DNA of 49,032 bases from Novosphingobium sp. (GTDB lineage Bacteria > Pseudomonadota > Alphaproteobacteria > Sphingomonadales > Sphingomonadaceae). The stretch covers positions 1-49,032 of the forward strand of contig JANOGS010000218.1 in NCBI GenBank assembly GCA_031414115.1. Reading direction: 5' to 3'. Within the stretch, counting starts at the first letter, position 1. The number at the start of each line of letters is the position of its first letter. The notes under the pieces were generated by a model. That model saw only the letters and a list, made by a program, of their open reading frames with translations, was not told the origin of the DNA and searched no databases. The position numbers and the translations under genes are program-made. Below are positions 1 through 9,826 of this stretch, one piece after another.

Positions 1-1
1 C

Positions 2-1228
2 AAGCTGCGCGTCGGGGTGTTCAAGGACGGCAAAGCGGTGATCCGCCATTCGGGCCACTTCACCTTCGATCGCGATCCGCTGCCGGGTGACGAGAACCGG
101 GTGTGCCTGCCGCATCCCGAACTGTTCGGGGTATTGCGCAAGGGCCAGCGGCTGCTGATCGACGACGGCAAGCTGCGGCTCAAGGTGATCGAGGCAGGCG
201 ACGACCGGATCCTCTGCTCGGCCGAAGTCGGCGGGGTAATCATGGACCGCAAGGGCGTCAACGTGCCCGACGCGGTGGTCCCGGTCCCCGCGCTCACTCC
301 CAAGGACCGCGCCGACCTCGCCTTCGCGCTCGAGCAGGGGGCGGACTGGATCGCGCTGAGCTTCGTCCAGCGCCCCGAAGACGTTGCCGAGGCGCGGCGG
401 CTGATCGGTACTGCGGGCACCGCGCTGATGGCCAAGATCGAGAAGCCCGCCGCGCTCGACAAACTGGAAGAGATTGTCGAGCTGGCCGATGGAATCAGGG
501 TCGCGCGCGGCGATCTCGGGGTTGAGCTCAATCCCGAGGAAGTGCCGCCGCTGCAGAAGCACATAGTCTCGGTCACTCGCCGTTCCGGCAAGCCGGTGGT
601 GGTGGCGACGCAGATGCTCGAATCGATGATCGAAAGCCCTGCCCCGACCCGCGCCGAGGTCTCCGATGTCGCCAACGCGGTCTACGACGGCGCCGATGCG
701 GTGATGCTCTCGGCCGAGACCGCGAGCGGGGCCTGGCCGGTCGAGGCAGTGGCGATCATGGACCGGATCGCCAGCCAGGTCGAACGCGATCCGGGCTACC
801 GCGTGCAGATGTCATTCGCGATGGTCGAGCCCGACCGGACTACGGCCGATGCTCTGGCCCACGCCTGCGCGACGATCGCCCAGACCGTGACGGTAGCGGG
901 GATCATCGTCTTCACCGGTTCGGGCAGTACTGCACGCCGGGTGGCGCGCGAGCGCCCGGCAGTGCCGATGCTGGTGCTCACCCCCAGCCAGCGGATCGCC
1001 CGCCGCCTGGCGCTGTTGTGGGGCGCGCATGCAGTCAGCACCAAGGACATCGGCAGCTTCGAGGAGATGATCGCCAAGGGCAAGCGGATGGCGCTGCGCC
1101 AGGGTTTCGCCGAGGCCGGATCGAAGCTGATCGCGCTGGCGGGCGTGCCGTTTGGTACGCCGGGATCGACCAACCTGCTCCACGTGGTGACGCTGAGCGG
1201 AGACGAGCTGAACCGGCACAGCGACTGA
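2..1228 (+). CDS. pyk: Pyruvate kinase (5'-truncated by window edge)
   Basis: Motifs MAKIEK, VARGDLGVE, VATQMLESM, PTRAEVSDVANAVYDGADAVMLSAETA; frame is open from position 2 (KLRVGVF...). Confidence 0.97.
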   Translation, partial: KLRVGVFKDGKAVIRHSGHFTFDRDPLPGDENRVCLPHPELFGVLRKGQRLLIDDGKLRLKVIEAGDDRILCSAEVGGVIMDRKGVNVPDAVVPVPALTPKDRADLAFALEQGADWIALSFVQRPEDVAEARRLIGTAGTALMAKIEKPAALDKLEEIVELADGIRVARGDLGVELNPEEVPPLQKHIVSVTRRSGKPVVVATQMLESMIESPAPTRAEVSDVANAVYDGADAVMLSAETASGAWPVEAVAIMDRIASQVERDPGYRVQMSFAMVEPDRTTADALAHACATIAQTVTVAGIIVFTGSGSTARRVARERPAVPMLVLTPSQRIARRLALLWGAHAVSTKDIGSFEEMIAKGKRMALRQGFAEAGSKLIALAGVPFGTPGSTNLLHVVTLSGDELNRHSD

Positions 1229-1312
1229 CGGGCTTTCGCGCGACTGTTGCAAACCGCTCGCAAAGGCCTAGAGGCCCTTCGCAATCGCAACAAAAGGTCC
1301 GGGGAGTCCTTC

Positions 1313-3598
1313 ATGATCCGTATTTCGCGCGCGAGCCTGCTGCTCGCCGGCACCGCCATGCTCACCGCAGTCCCGGCAGTGGCGCAAGAGGGCGATGACG
1401 CCGCCACCGCCATCGAAGTGCTGAACCAGGACATCGTTGTCACTGCGACCAAGAAGAAGGACGTCGAGAACGTCCAGTCGGTGGCGCTGGCGGTCACCGC
1501 GCTCAATGCGGACACGATCGAGGCGCTGAAAGTGCGCGATCTGCAGTCGCTGACCTATTCCTCGCCCGGGGTCAGCCTCGACCAGGTCGGCACCACGCGG
1601 GGCACCGCCAACTTCTCGATCCGGGGTCTCGGGATCAACAGCTCGATCCCGTCGATCGACCCGACCGTCGGCACTTTCATCGACGGGGTCTATATCGGGA
1701 TCAATTCGGGAGTGGTGTTCGACACTTTCGACATGGCCTCGGTCGAGATTCTGCGCGGGCCGCAGGGGATCCTGTTCGGACGCAACACCACCGGCGGGGC
1801 AGTGCTGGTCAACACCGGCGAGCCGACCCGCGACTGGCGCTTCAAGTTCCGCAGCGCGGTCGATGGCCCGGTCGATAGCGGCCGCGGCTCGCCCAACATG
1901 ACCGCGCAGGCGGTGGTCTCCGGCCCGCTGTCCGATGCGGTCGGGGTCAAGCTCGCCGCCTACCACAATTCCGATGGCGGCTATTTCACCAACCTGTTCA
2001 ACGGCGGCGATTTCGGCAAGGCCGAGACGACAATCCTGCGCGGCGCGCTGTCCTACCGGTCAGGCCCGCTCAAGCTGGTTGCCAAGGGTGAACTGTTCGA
2101 CAGCTCGGGCGACGGCGCCGCGGCGCAGAACCACGGCCGGTTCGCGCGCGACAGTTTCGACCTCAGTGTCGACAACGAGGGCTTCTACAAGGTCCGCTCA
2201 TACTTCGGCACGCTGCGCGGCGACTATGAGATTGGCGACGGGGCGATCACCAACATCTTCGGCTATCGCCATTATCGCCAGAAGACCAACAACGACATCG
2301 ACGCCAGCCCCTCGTTCCTGTTCCATTCGAACACCGCGTTGGCGCAGGAGCAATGGTCGGACGAACTGCGCTACAACGGCCGCTTCGGTGCGCTCGATCT
2401 GACGCTGGGCGGCTACATCTTCCACCAAACGGTCGGCTATGACGAAGACCGCAACCTGCCCACCGCCAGCGCGCTGACCTTCTATGGCGGCGGGCGGCAG
2501 GACCATGACGTCTACGGCGTGTTCCTGGCCGGCGACTACGAACTGACCGAGGCGCTCACCTTCAATGCCGGGATCCGCTGGTCAAAGGAAGAGAAAGACG
2601 CCGCGGTGACCTATGTCCGCCCGCGGGTGACCTGCTCGGTGATTGCGGAAACCTGCCCGACCTCCGGCACCAATTCGCTGATCCCGACCGAGAACAACGG
2701 CTTCACCGATCAGCGCTCGTGGTCGAACTGGACCCCCAAGCTGGGGCTGACCTTCAAGCCGGCAGCGGGGATCCTGACCTATGCCCACTGGACCCGCGCC
2801 TATCGTTCGGGCGGCTACAACTTCCGCATCACCGCCCCCGCAGCGTTCGAAGCGATTGTCGCCGCCAATGGCTCACCGGCCTTCGATGCCGAAAAGGTCG
2901 ACAGCTACGAGCTCGGCCTCAAGTGGCAGAGCGCCGATCGCAAGGCGACCATCAACCTCGCCGGCTACCGCACCGACATTTCCGGCATGCAACGCGAGAT
3001 CAACCAGTCGAGCGGAGCTTCGGGGGTCGCCCAGTCGATCTTCAACACCGCCGACGCGCGGATCTGGGGCGGCGAGATCGAGGCGCGCTATGCCCTGACC
3101 GACAGCCTGCTGTTCAACGCCAATGCCGGCTATATCGATGCCGGCTATACCGATGTGTTCTTCGACATCTCGGGCAACGGCGCGGTCGGCCCGGAAGACT
3201 TCGCGCTGCGCCTGCCGCGGGTGCCGAAGTGGACCTGGGGCTTCGGCCTGGTCCACGAGCTGGCGCTTGGCTCGGGCGGCTCGGTGGTGACCCGTGTCGC
3301 CTTCCAGCACCGCGACCGCTATGCCTACACCGACAACAATTTCGGCTGGATCCCGAAGAGCGACAACCTCGACGCCAATCTCACCTGGAACCTCCCGGTC
3401 AAGGGCATGGCGGTGTCGCTCTACGGCAAGAACCTGCTCGACGAGGTCCAGTTTGGCGGCGACACCCAGATCCCGTTCGGTTCGGGCGCGTTTTCGGACG
3501 GCAACAACCGCCCGTTCGATCCCAGGCCCGCGGCGGGTACCTTCTCGCCGCTGGCGAAGGGGCGTACCGTGGGGGTTGAGGTAACGATCGCGATGTAA
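1313..3598 (+). CDS. TonB-dependent outer-membrane receptor
   Basis: Signal peptide (MIRISRASLLLAGTAMLTAVPAVA), DIVVTA TonB-box-like segment, plug motifs SIRG and VEILRGPQGILFGRNTTGGAV, barrel-type C-terminus (YGKNLLD...GRTVGVEV). ATG 1313 is preceded by GGGGAG. Confidence 0.95.
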   Translation: MIRISRASLLLAGTAMLTAVPAVAQEGDDAATAIEVLNQDIVVTATKKKDVENVQSVALAVTALNADTIEALKVRDLQSLTYSSPGVSLDQVGTTRGTANFSIRGLGINSSIPSIDPTVGTFIDGVYIGINSGVVFDTFDMASVEILRGPQGILFGRNTTGGAVLVNTGEPTRDWRFKFRSAVDGPVDSGRGSPNMTAQAVVSGPLSDAVGVKLAAYHNSDGGYFTNLFNGGDFGKAETTILRGALSYRSGPLKLVAKGELFDSSGDGAAAQNHGRFARDSFDLSVDNEGFYKVRSYFGTLRGDYEIGDGAITNIFGYRHYRQKTNNDIDASPSFLFHSNTALAQEQWSDELRYNGRFGALDLTLGGYIFHQTVGYDEDRNLPTASALTFYGGGRQDHDVYGVFLAGDYELTEALTFNAGIRWSKEEKDAAVTYVRPRVTCSVIAETCPTSGTNSLIPTENNGFTDQRSWSNWTPKLGLTFKPAAGILTYAHWTRAYRSGGYNFRITAPAAFEAIVAANGSPAFDAEKVDSYELGLKWQSADRKATINLAGYRTDISGMQREINQSSGASGVAQSIFNTADARIWGGEIEARYALTDSLLFNANAGYIDAGYTDVFFDISGNGAVGPEDFALRLPRVPKWTWGFGLVHELALGSGGSVVTRVAFQHRDRYAYTDNNFGWIPKSDNLDANLTWNLPVKGMAVSLYGKNLLDEVQFGGDTQIPFGSGAFSDGNNRPFDPRPAAGTFSPLAKGRTVGVEVTIAM

Positions 3599-3600
3599 GT

Positions 3601-3623
3601 TCCTCCCAGGAACGGGGAGGATT
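3601..3623. terminator. Short hairpin TCCTCCC-N7-GGGAGGA between convergent genes; resembles one arm of the 13508-13639 element
   Basis: Inverted repeat 3601-3607/3615-3621 lying between the receptor stop (3598) and the yggS stop (3622). Confidence 0.55.
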
Positions 3624-4272
3624 ATCGCGCTCCGAACAGCGCTGAACCCACCCGCACGTGGGTAGCGCCAAGCATCACCGCGGTCTCGAAATCATCGCTC
3701 ATCCCCATGCTGCGCGCGGCGAGGCCGTGATCATCCGCCAGCTTGCCCAGCAGCGCAAAGAACGGCGCGGGTTCGATTTCCGCTGGGGGAATGCACATCA
3801 GCCCGATCACCGGCAGTGCGGCATCGCGCGCCTGCGCCAGCAGCGCCGGCAGATCGGCAAGCGCGCAGCCGCCCTTCTGCTCCTCGGCGCCGATATTGAC
3901 CTGGATGAAGCACGGAACCCGCCGTCCGGCCTTGTCCATCGCCCGGGCCAGCGCGGTAACCAGCGAGGAGCGGTCAAGCGAATGGATGCAGTCGAATAAT
4001 GCCACCGCTTCTTCCGCCTTGTTCGATTGCAGCTGGCCGATCAGGTGGAGCGCGATATCGGCGGATGCCTCGCGCAGTGCTGGCCATTTTTCAGCGGCCT
4101 CCTGCACCCGGTTCTCGCCGAACGCCCGCTGCCCGGCGGCGATCAGCGGGGCGATGCGATCTAGCCCGCGGGTCTTGCTGACCGCGATCAGCGTCACTTC
4201 CTCAGCCCGGCGTCCGGCGATCCGGGCAGCCTGGACAATGCGGGCGCGAACATCTTCAAGTGGCTGAACCAT
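3622..4272 (-). CDS. yggS: YggS/PLPBP pyridoxal-phosphate homeostasis protein
   Basis: IAVSKT (PLP lysine), FGENRVQE, HLIGQLQSNK, SMGMSDDF, GATHVRVGSALFG. Confidence 0.96.
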   Translation of the reverse strand: MVQPLEDVRARIVQAARIAGRRAEEVTLIAVSKTRGLDRIAPLIAAGQRAFGENRVQEAAEKWPALREASADIALHLIGQLQSNKAEEAVALFDCIHSLDRSSLVTALARAMDKAGRRVPCFIQVNIGAEEQKGGCALADLPALLAQARDAALPVIGLMCIPPAEIEPAPFFALLGKLADDHGLAARSMGMSDDFETAVMLGATHVRVGSALFGAR

Positions 4273-4294
4273 GGCGCGCTGCTATAACGGGGCG

Positions 4295-4798
4295 ATGCGA
4301 TCACGCCAGCCTCTCCCGACAATCTGGCTTGTCAGCGATGCGCGCAACGATGCAGCACTGGAACAGGCCCTGAAGCGCCTGCCGCGCGGCAGCGGGTTCG
4401 TGTTCCGTCACTATCACCTCAAGCCGAAAGCGCGCCGCGCCCGGTTCAAGACGCTGGCCCGGCTGGCGCGGACGCGGGGGCATCTGGTGGTGCTGGCAGG
4501 AACACTCGTCCAGGCCCGGCGCTGGGGCGCAGACTGCGCCTATGGCCCAGGCGAACAGCTGGCTCCGGCCCATTCGCTGCGCGAGATCGGCAGAGCCGTC
4601 CGTGCCGACGCGCTGTTGCTCTCGCCGGTCTTCCCGACCCGCTCGCATCCGGGCGCAACGACCCTTGGACCGGCCCGCTTCCGCCTGCTCGCGGCACTGT
4701 CCCGCAAGCCCGTAATCGCACTCGGCGGGATGAATCCACGCAACGCACAGCGGCTCAATTGGCCGTGCTGGGCCGGGATTGATGCCTTTTTGCGGTGA
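4295..4798 (+). CDS. Thiamine-phosphate synthase/TenI-like protein
   Basis: AHSLREI, LLSPVFPTRSHPG and VIALGGM are typical of the short ThiE/TenI-like family. ATG 4295 preferred over 4271, which would overlap the yggS start. Confidence 0.8.
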   Translation: MRSRQPLPTIWLVSDARNDAALEQALKRLPRGSGFVFRHYHLKPKARRARFKTLARLARTRGHLVVLAGTLVQARRWGADCAYGPGEQLAPAHSLREIGRAVRADALLLSPVFPTRSHPGATTLGPARFRLLAALSRKPVIALGGMNPRNAQRLNWPCWAGIDAFLR

Positions 4799-4801
4799 GC
4801 C

Positions 4802-4856
4802 GAATCCCCCGAATCCTGCGGATTCTTGACGGGGAGTCAGTGCAGGGCGCATAAGG
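4802..4856 (+). promoter_or_regulatory. Probable ftsK promoter with four GANTC (CcrM-type) sites
   Basis: GAATC 4802, GAATC 4811, GATTC 4821, GAGTC 4834; TTGACG -35-like hexamer at 4826-4831. Confidence 0.6.
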
Positions 4857-4883
4857 TGCGCCGAGACCAGGGGAATACAGCGA

Positions 4884-7229
4884 ATGGCAACACGGCCGAT
4901 TTCCGCCGGACACCGCGGCGCCCGCGTCGATTGGCGCGCGGCGATGAAGCGCGCCGCGCGGCGCAGCGCCGAGATTGGCGGGGCGATCGCGCTGGGCCTG
5001 GGCATGGTGTTCCTGGCGCTGGCGCTGGTTTCCTACCATCAGACCGACCCTTCGGTTTCGACCGCAGCGGGCGGGCCGGCGGTGAACTGGATGGGCGGAA
5101 CCGGCGCCTGGGCGGCCGAGCGCGCGCTGTTCCTGTTCGGCCCGGTGGCGGTGCTGTTTCTGCCGCTGCTCTATGTCTTCGCCCGCAAGCTGTGGCGGCT
5201 GGTCGAGGAAGAGGACCAGGATCTGCCGCACGCTGACCACGCCTGGTGGCGCCCGATCGGCATTCTGCTGTTCGCCATGGCGCTGATCGCGACCACCGTT
5301 TCGCTGTGGATCGAGGCGGATTCCGGCCTGCCGGCGGGATGGGGCGGGGTTGCCGGACTGCTTGGTGCCGGCGGGGTCGGCTATGTCGCTGCGTTCGCGC
5401 CCGAAAGCTATCAGTGGATCTTCACCCCGGTTGCGGGCCTGATCACCCTGGCCGCCGGGTCAATTCTGGCCGGACGGGTGTTCGCGCTCGACTGGGGCAG
5501 CTTGTTCACCCTGCCCGCGATCCTGCGCCGCCGCCCAGAGATTGCGCTGGAGGGCGGCGCCCCATTCATTTCGGTCAAGCCCCGGGCAAACGCCAGGGAC
5601 GCGCGCCCCGAACCTGCCGCGGCGCCGCGCAAGGCGCCCGAGATCTCCGATCCGTCGCGCCCGGCCCGCCCCGCGCAGCTATCGGGCAAGAGCCGCCAGG
5701 GCGACCTGTTCGACAGTTACGAACTGCCGGGGCTCGAGCTGCTCAACGATCCGGCGCCGCATTCCAGTTTCAAGGTTGACAAGCTCGCGTTGGAAAAGAA
5801 CGCCCGCCTGCTCGAAACCGTGCTCGACGATTTCAACGTCAAGGGCACGATCGACGCGGTCCGGATGGGCCCGGTGGTGACGATGTACGAGCTCGAACCC
5901 GCCCCCGGGATCAAGGCCAGCCGGGTGATTGGCCTGGCCGACGACATCGCCCGCAACATGAGCGCGATCTCGGCCCGGGTCTCGGCGATCCCCGGACGCA
6001 CGGTGATGGGCATCGAGCTGCCCAATGCCGATCGCCAGACCGTCAGCTTCAAGGAGCTGGTCGCCTGCGAGAAGTTCGCCGCATCGAAGGCGTCGCTGCC
6101 GATCATCCTGGGCAAGGACATCGCTGGCGAACCGATCGTCGCCGATCTAGCAACCATGCCGCACCTGCTGGTCGCGGGGACCACCGGCTCGGGCAAGTCG
6201 GTCGGGCTCAACACCATCCTGCTCTCGCTGCTCTACCGGCTGACCCCGGCGCAGTGCCGACTGATCCTGGTCGATCCCAAGGTGCTCGAGCTCAAGAGCT
6301 ACGACGATATCCCGCACCTGCTCTCGCCCGTCGTCACCGAACCGTCGAAGGCGGTGCGCGCGCTCAAATGGGCGGTCGAGGAGATGGAGCGCCGCTACCG
6401 GATGATGAGCGAACTGTCGGTGCGCAACATTACCGGGTTCAACGACAAGATCACCGTCGCGATCGCTAAGGGCAAGCCGCTCGGCCGCCGCATCCAGATC
6501 GGCTTCGATCCCGATACCGGCGAGGAGCTGTTCGAAGAGCAGCAACTTGATTACCGGGTGCTGCCGCAGATCGTGGTGATCGTCGACGAGCTTGCCGACC
6601 TGATGGTCACTGTCGGCAAGGAAGTCGAAGTGCTGATCCAGCGGCTCAGCCAGAAGAGCCGCGCGGCGGGCATCCACCTGATCATGGCGACCCAGCGGCC
6701 CTCGGTCGATGTCATCACCGGGGTGATCAAAGCCAACCTGCCGACGCGCATTTCGTTTGCGGTGACCAGCCGGATCGACAGCCGCACGATCCTGGGCGAG
6801 CAGGGCGCCGAGCAGCTGCTGGGCAAGGGCGACATGCTCTACAAGCCCAACACCTTGCCGATCATGCGGGTTCACGGCCCGTTCGTCAGCGACGAGGAAG
6901 TCGAACGCATCGCCGATTTCTGGCGCGGCCAGGGCTCGCCTGAATATGTCGACTCGGTCACCGAGGAGCCCGAGGACGGCGGCTTTGGCTTCGATGATCT
7001 CGATGCCACCGCCAGCGACAGCCCGGAGGAGCGCAAATACCGCCAGGCCTGCCAGATCGTGTTCGAAAGCCAGAAAGCCAGCGCCAGCTGGCTCCAGCGC
7101 CAGATGGGCGTCGGCTACAACTCGGCCGCGAAATGGGTCGAGCGGATGGAGGCGGACGGGTTCGTCGGGCCCGCGAACCATGTCGGGCGGCGCGAGATCT
7201 ATCGCGACCGGGATGGGCAGGTGCTTTAG
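4884..7229 (+). CDS. ftsK: DNA translocase FtsK
   Basis: N-terminal TM segments, PHLLVAGTTGSGKSV Walker A, IVVIVDELADLM Walker B, ATQRPSVDVITG, C-terminal gamma domain (SASWLQRQMGVGYNSAA). Confidence 0.98.
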   Translation: MATRPISAGHRGARVDWRAAMKRAARRSAEIGGAIALGLGMVFLALALVSYHQTDPSVSTAAGGPAVNWMGGTGAWAAERALFLFGPVAVLFLPLLYVFARKLWRLVEEEDQDLPHADHAWWRPIGILLFAMALIATTVSLWIEADSGLPAGWGGVAGLLGAGGVGYVAAFAPESYQWIFTPVAGLITLAAGSILAGRVFALDWGSLFTLPAILRRRPEIALEGGAPFISVKPRANARDARPEPAAAPRKAPEISDPSRPARPAQLSGKSRQGDLFDSYELPGLELLNDPAPHSSFKVDKLALEKNARLLETVLDDFNVKGTIDAVRMGPVVTMYELEPAPGIKASRVIGLADDIARNMSAISARVSAIPGRTVMGIELPNADRQTVSFKELVACEKFAASKASLPIILGKDIAGEPIVADLATMPHLLVAGTTGSGKSVGLNTILLSLLYRLTPAQCRLILVDPKVLELKSYDDIPHLLSPVVTEPSKAVRALKWAVEEMERRYRMMSELSVRNITGFNDKITVAIAKGKPLGRRIQIGFDPDTGEELFEEQQLDYRVLPQIVVIVDELADLMVTVGKEVEVLIQRLSQKSRAAGIHLIMATQRPSVDVITGVIKANLPTRISFAVTSRIDSRTILGEQGAEQLLGKGDMLYKPNTLPIMRVHGPFVSDEEVERIADFWRGQGSPEYVDSVTEEPEDGGFGFDDLDATASDSPEERKYRQACQIVFESQKASASWLQRQMGVGYNSAAKWVERMEADGFVGPANHVGRREIYRDRDGQVL

Positions 7230-7262
7230 GGGCGGACGACTGGTGTTGCGGATTGCGCTGAA

Positions 7263-7298
7263 TGGTACTATGTTCAACAAATATCGATTTTGTCGAAC
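7263..7298 (+). promoter_or_regulatory. Putative toxin-antitoxin promoter and operator
   Basis: Extended -10-like TGGTACTAT (7263-7271) followed by the inverted repeat GTTCAACAAA-N7-TTTGTCGAAC (7272-7298, 1 mismatch) just before ATG 7308. Confidence 0.5.
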
Positions 7299-7307
7299 GG
7301 AGCGAAT

Positions 7308-7643
7308 ATGCCAGAGCCAGCTATGAGAAAGGACCTCGCTGGTGCGAAAGTGGAACGCGCCCGCGCAGCTCGCTTGCCCAAGACGATTGTGTTGGAACAG
7401 ATCCGCGTCGGGGCGGTGCTCGAAGCAGCAAAGCAATCGGGGCTGCTTGCCGAGAAGAGTGGCCGCATCGGTGGTCGGGTAAGTTCGGCGCTGGTCAGCA
7501 GAGCGAAGGCGATGACCGGGCTCGCTTCCGACTCCGAGCTCATCGAGTTCGCTTTGGCAAATGTTGCCCTTGACGATCGCTTTGCCGAGGCGTTTCACTC
7601 CGTAAGGGGCAAAGTCGACCCGAAGCTGAAGCTGGGTTTCTAG
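7308..7643 (+). CDS. Putative antitoxin (ribbon-helix-helix-like) upstream of PIN toxin
   Basis: Small ORF directly upstream of a PIN-domain gene; RIGGRVSSALVSRAKAMTGLASDSELIEFAL looks RHH-like. Start uncertain (7308 or 7323). Confidence 0.7.
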   Translation: MPEPAMRKDLAGAKVERARAARLPKTIVLEQIRVGAVLEAAKQSGLLAEKSGRIGGRVSSALVSRAKAMTGLASDSELIEFALANVALDDRFAEAFHSVRGKVDPKLKLGF

Positions 7644-7644
7644 A

Positions 7645-8211
7645 GTGCCTGAATTCGACGTCGCGTCCGCCCTTCGTTGGGCGCGGCGCGAGCCCAAGTC
7701 CTTGCTCCGCCGCAAGGATAGTGAGCTCATGTTTGTCCGCGATCAACCGGTTGCAGGTGCGCCGCTCTTGCTCGACACCTGCGTCTACATCCACCAGCTA
7801 CAAGGAAGGATCCCAGAGCCGACTGCGAGCATGGTCGCAGTAAGGGAGATCAATCACTCCTCAGTTGCCGTGCAAGAACTTGCGCATACGCTGGGCGCAC
7901 TCAACCCCGGCGATGGGCGAACACCTTCGGCAATAAAGACAATCCGCAGCCTGCTTGAGGCCATGCCGGCGCACCGGACATTCGCTCCCGACGTCGATCT
8001 CTTGGGCAGGGCCGCGATTTTGAGCGGAAAGTTCTCGCGTCTCTCGGGGCTTTCGAATGCCGATCGGCGAAAGGCGCTCCAGGACGCAACGCTCTATTTG
8101 CAGGCGCTCAAATTGGGTTTCACCGTCATGACAGCCAATATCGCCGACTTCGATCGCCTTCAACAACTGGTCCCGGAAGGCCGGGTCCTGTTTTATCGCC
8201 AGACTGCGTGA
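7645..8211 (+). CDS. PIN-domain (VapC-like) ribonuclease toxin with N-terminal extension
   Basis: LLLDTCVYI, conserved E (VQEL), DATLY and VMTANIADF give the PIN acidic residues. Confidence 0.85.
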   Translation: MPEFDVASALRWARREPKSLLRRKDSELMFVRDQPVAGAPLLLDTCVYIHQLQGRIPEPTASMVAVREINHSSVAVQELAHTLGALNPGDGRTPSAIKTIRSLLEAMPAHRTFAPDVDLLGRAAILSGKFSRLSGLSNADRRKALQDATLYLQALKLGFTVMTANIADFDRLQQLVPEGRVLFYRQTA

Positions 8212-8218
8212 TTTCCTC

Positions 8219-9826
8219 ATGATCCGCCTCTCCAACCTCACCCTGCCGCTCGACCACGTGCCCGAGGCGCTTGAGGCGGCGATCTGTGCGCGGTTGGGGA
8301 TCGCGGCGGAGCGGCTGGAGCGCTTCACCATTGCCCGGCGCGGCAACGATGCGCGCAAGAAGAGCGCGATCCGGCTGGTCTATTCGCTCGACGTTCAGGT
8401 CAACGACGAGGCGGCAGTGCTCGCCGCGCATTCCGGCGATCCGCATGTCAGGCCCACCCCTGATACCGCCTACCGCTTCCCCACCCTCGCGCCCGAGGGC
8501 TGGTCGGGTCCGCGTCCTGTCATCATCGGAGCGGGACCGTGCGGGCTGCTGGCGGCGCTGGTCTTGGCGCAGATGGGGTTCCGGCCAATCATCATCGAGC
8601 GCGGCAAGGCGGTGCGGGCGCGGACCAAAGACACCTGGGGCTTGTGGCGGCGCGGGGTGCTTGAGCCCGAAAGCAATGCCCAGTTCGGCGAAGGCGGCGC
8701 GGGGACTTTTTCGGACGGCAAGCTTTACAGCCGGATCAAGGACCCGCGCCACCTCGGCCGCAAGGTGCTGACCGAGTTCGTGCGTGCAGGGGCACCCGCC
8801 GAGATCCTGACCGAAGCGCATCCGCATGTCGGCACCTTCCGCCTGGTCACCATGGTGATGTCGATCCGCGAGAGCATCGAGGCGCTTGGCGGCGAATACC
8901 GCTTCGGCACCCGGGTCGAGGATTTCGCGGTAGCCGACGGGCAGCTGATTGGCCTGCACCTTTCGAGCGGCGAGTTCCTTCCCGCAAGCCATGTCATCCT
9001 GGCAGTCGGTCATTCGGCGCGCGATACTTTCGAGAAACTGCACGCACGCGGCATCCACATCGAGGCCAAGCCGTTCGCGATCGGGGTGCGGATCGAGCAT
9101 CCGCAGAGCTGGATCGACCAGGCCCGATTCGGCCCCTGCGCCGGGCACCCGGCGCTGGGGCCGGCGGCCTACAGCCTGACACACACGGCATCGAACGGCC
9201 GCTCGGTCTATTCGTTCTGCATGTGCCCGGGTGGGCGGGTGGTCGCGGCGACGAGCGAGGCAGGCCGCGTGGTCACCAACGGCATGAGCCAGTATTCGCG
9301 CGCCGAGTTCAACGCCAATTCCGGCCTGGTAGTCGATATCACGCCCGCGCGCGACTTTCCTGGCCACCCGCTCGCCGGGGTCGAGCTGCAACGGCGGCTG
9401 GAGAGCCAGGCCTTCGTCGCCGGCGGATCGGACTATCGCGCGCCCGGGCAGAAGGTCGGCGACTTCCTCGCGGGTCAGCCAAGCAGCGAGTTTGGCGCGG
9501 TGATCCCGAGCTACCAGCCGGGGGTCAAGCTGGGTGACCTGTCCGACTGCCTGCCCCATTTCGTGATCGAGGCGATCCGCGAGGCGCTGCCGGTGTTCGG
9601 GCGGCAGGTGCCGGGCTATGACCATCCCGACGTGGTCATGACCGGGGTCGAGACCCGCACGTCCAGCCCGGTGCGGATCACGCGCGGAGCGGACTTGCAG
9701 AGCCTCAACACCCGCGGGCTCTACCCGGCGGGCGAGGGCGCGGGCTATGCTGGCGGGATCCTTTCAGCGGCGGTCGACGGGATCCGGGTGGCCGAGGCGC
9801 TGGCCCTGGAACTGGCGCCGGCGTGA
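8219..9826 (+). CDS. Uncharacterised FAD-dependent oxidoreductase
   Basis: IIGAGPCGL Rossmann motif, FGEGGAGTFSDGKL, FCMCPGG, GVETRTSSP, YPAGEGAGYAGGI. Confidence 0.9.
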   Translation: MIRLSNLTLPLDHVPEALEAAICARLGIAAERLERFTIARRGNDARKKSAIRLVYSLDVQVNDEAAVLAAHSGDPHVRPTPDTAYRFPTLAPEGWSGPRPVIIGAGPCGLLAALVLAQMGFRPIIIERGKAVRARTKDTWGLWRRGVLEPESNAQFGEGGAGTFSDGKLYSRIKDPRHLGRKVLTEFVRAGAPAEILTEAHPHVGTFRLVTMVMSIRESIEALGGEYRFGTRVEDFAVADGQLIGLHLSSGEFLPASHVILAVGHSARDTFEKLHARGIHIEAKPFAIGVRIEHPQSWIDQARFGPCAGHPALGPAAYSLTHTASNGRSVYSFCMCPGGRVVAATSEAGRVVTNGMSQYSRAEFNANSGLVVDITPARDFPGHPLAGVELQRRLESQAFVAGGSDYRAPGQKVGDFLAGQPSSEFGAVIPSYQPGVKLGDLSDCLPHFVIEAIREALPVFGRQVPGYDHPDVVMTGVETRTSSPVRITRGADLQSLNTRGLYPAGEGAGYAGGILSAAVDGIRVAEALALELAPA

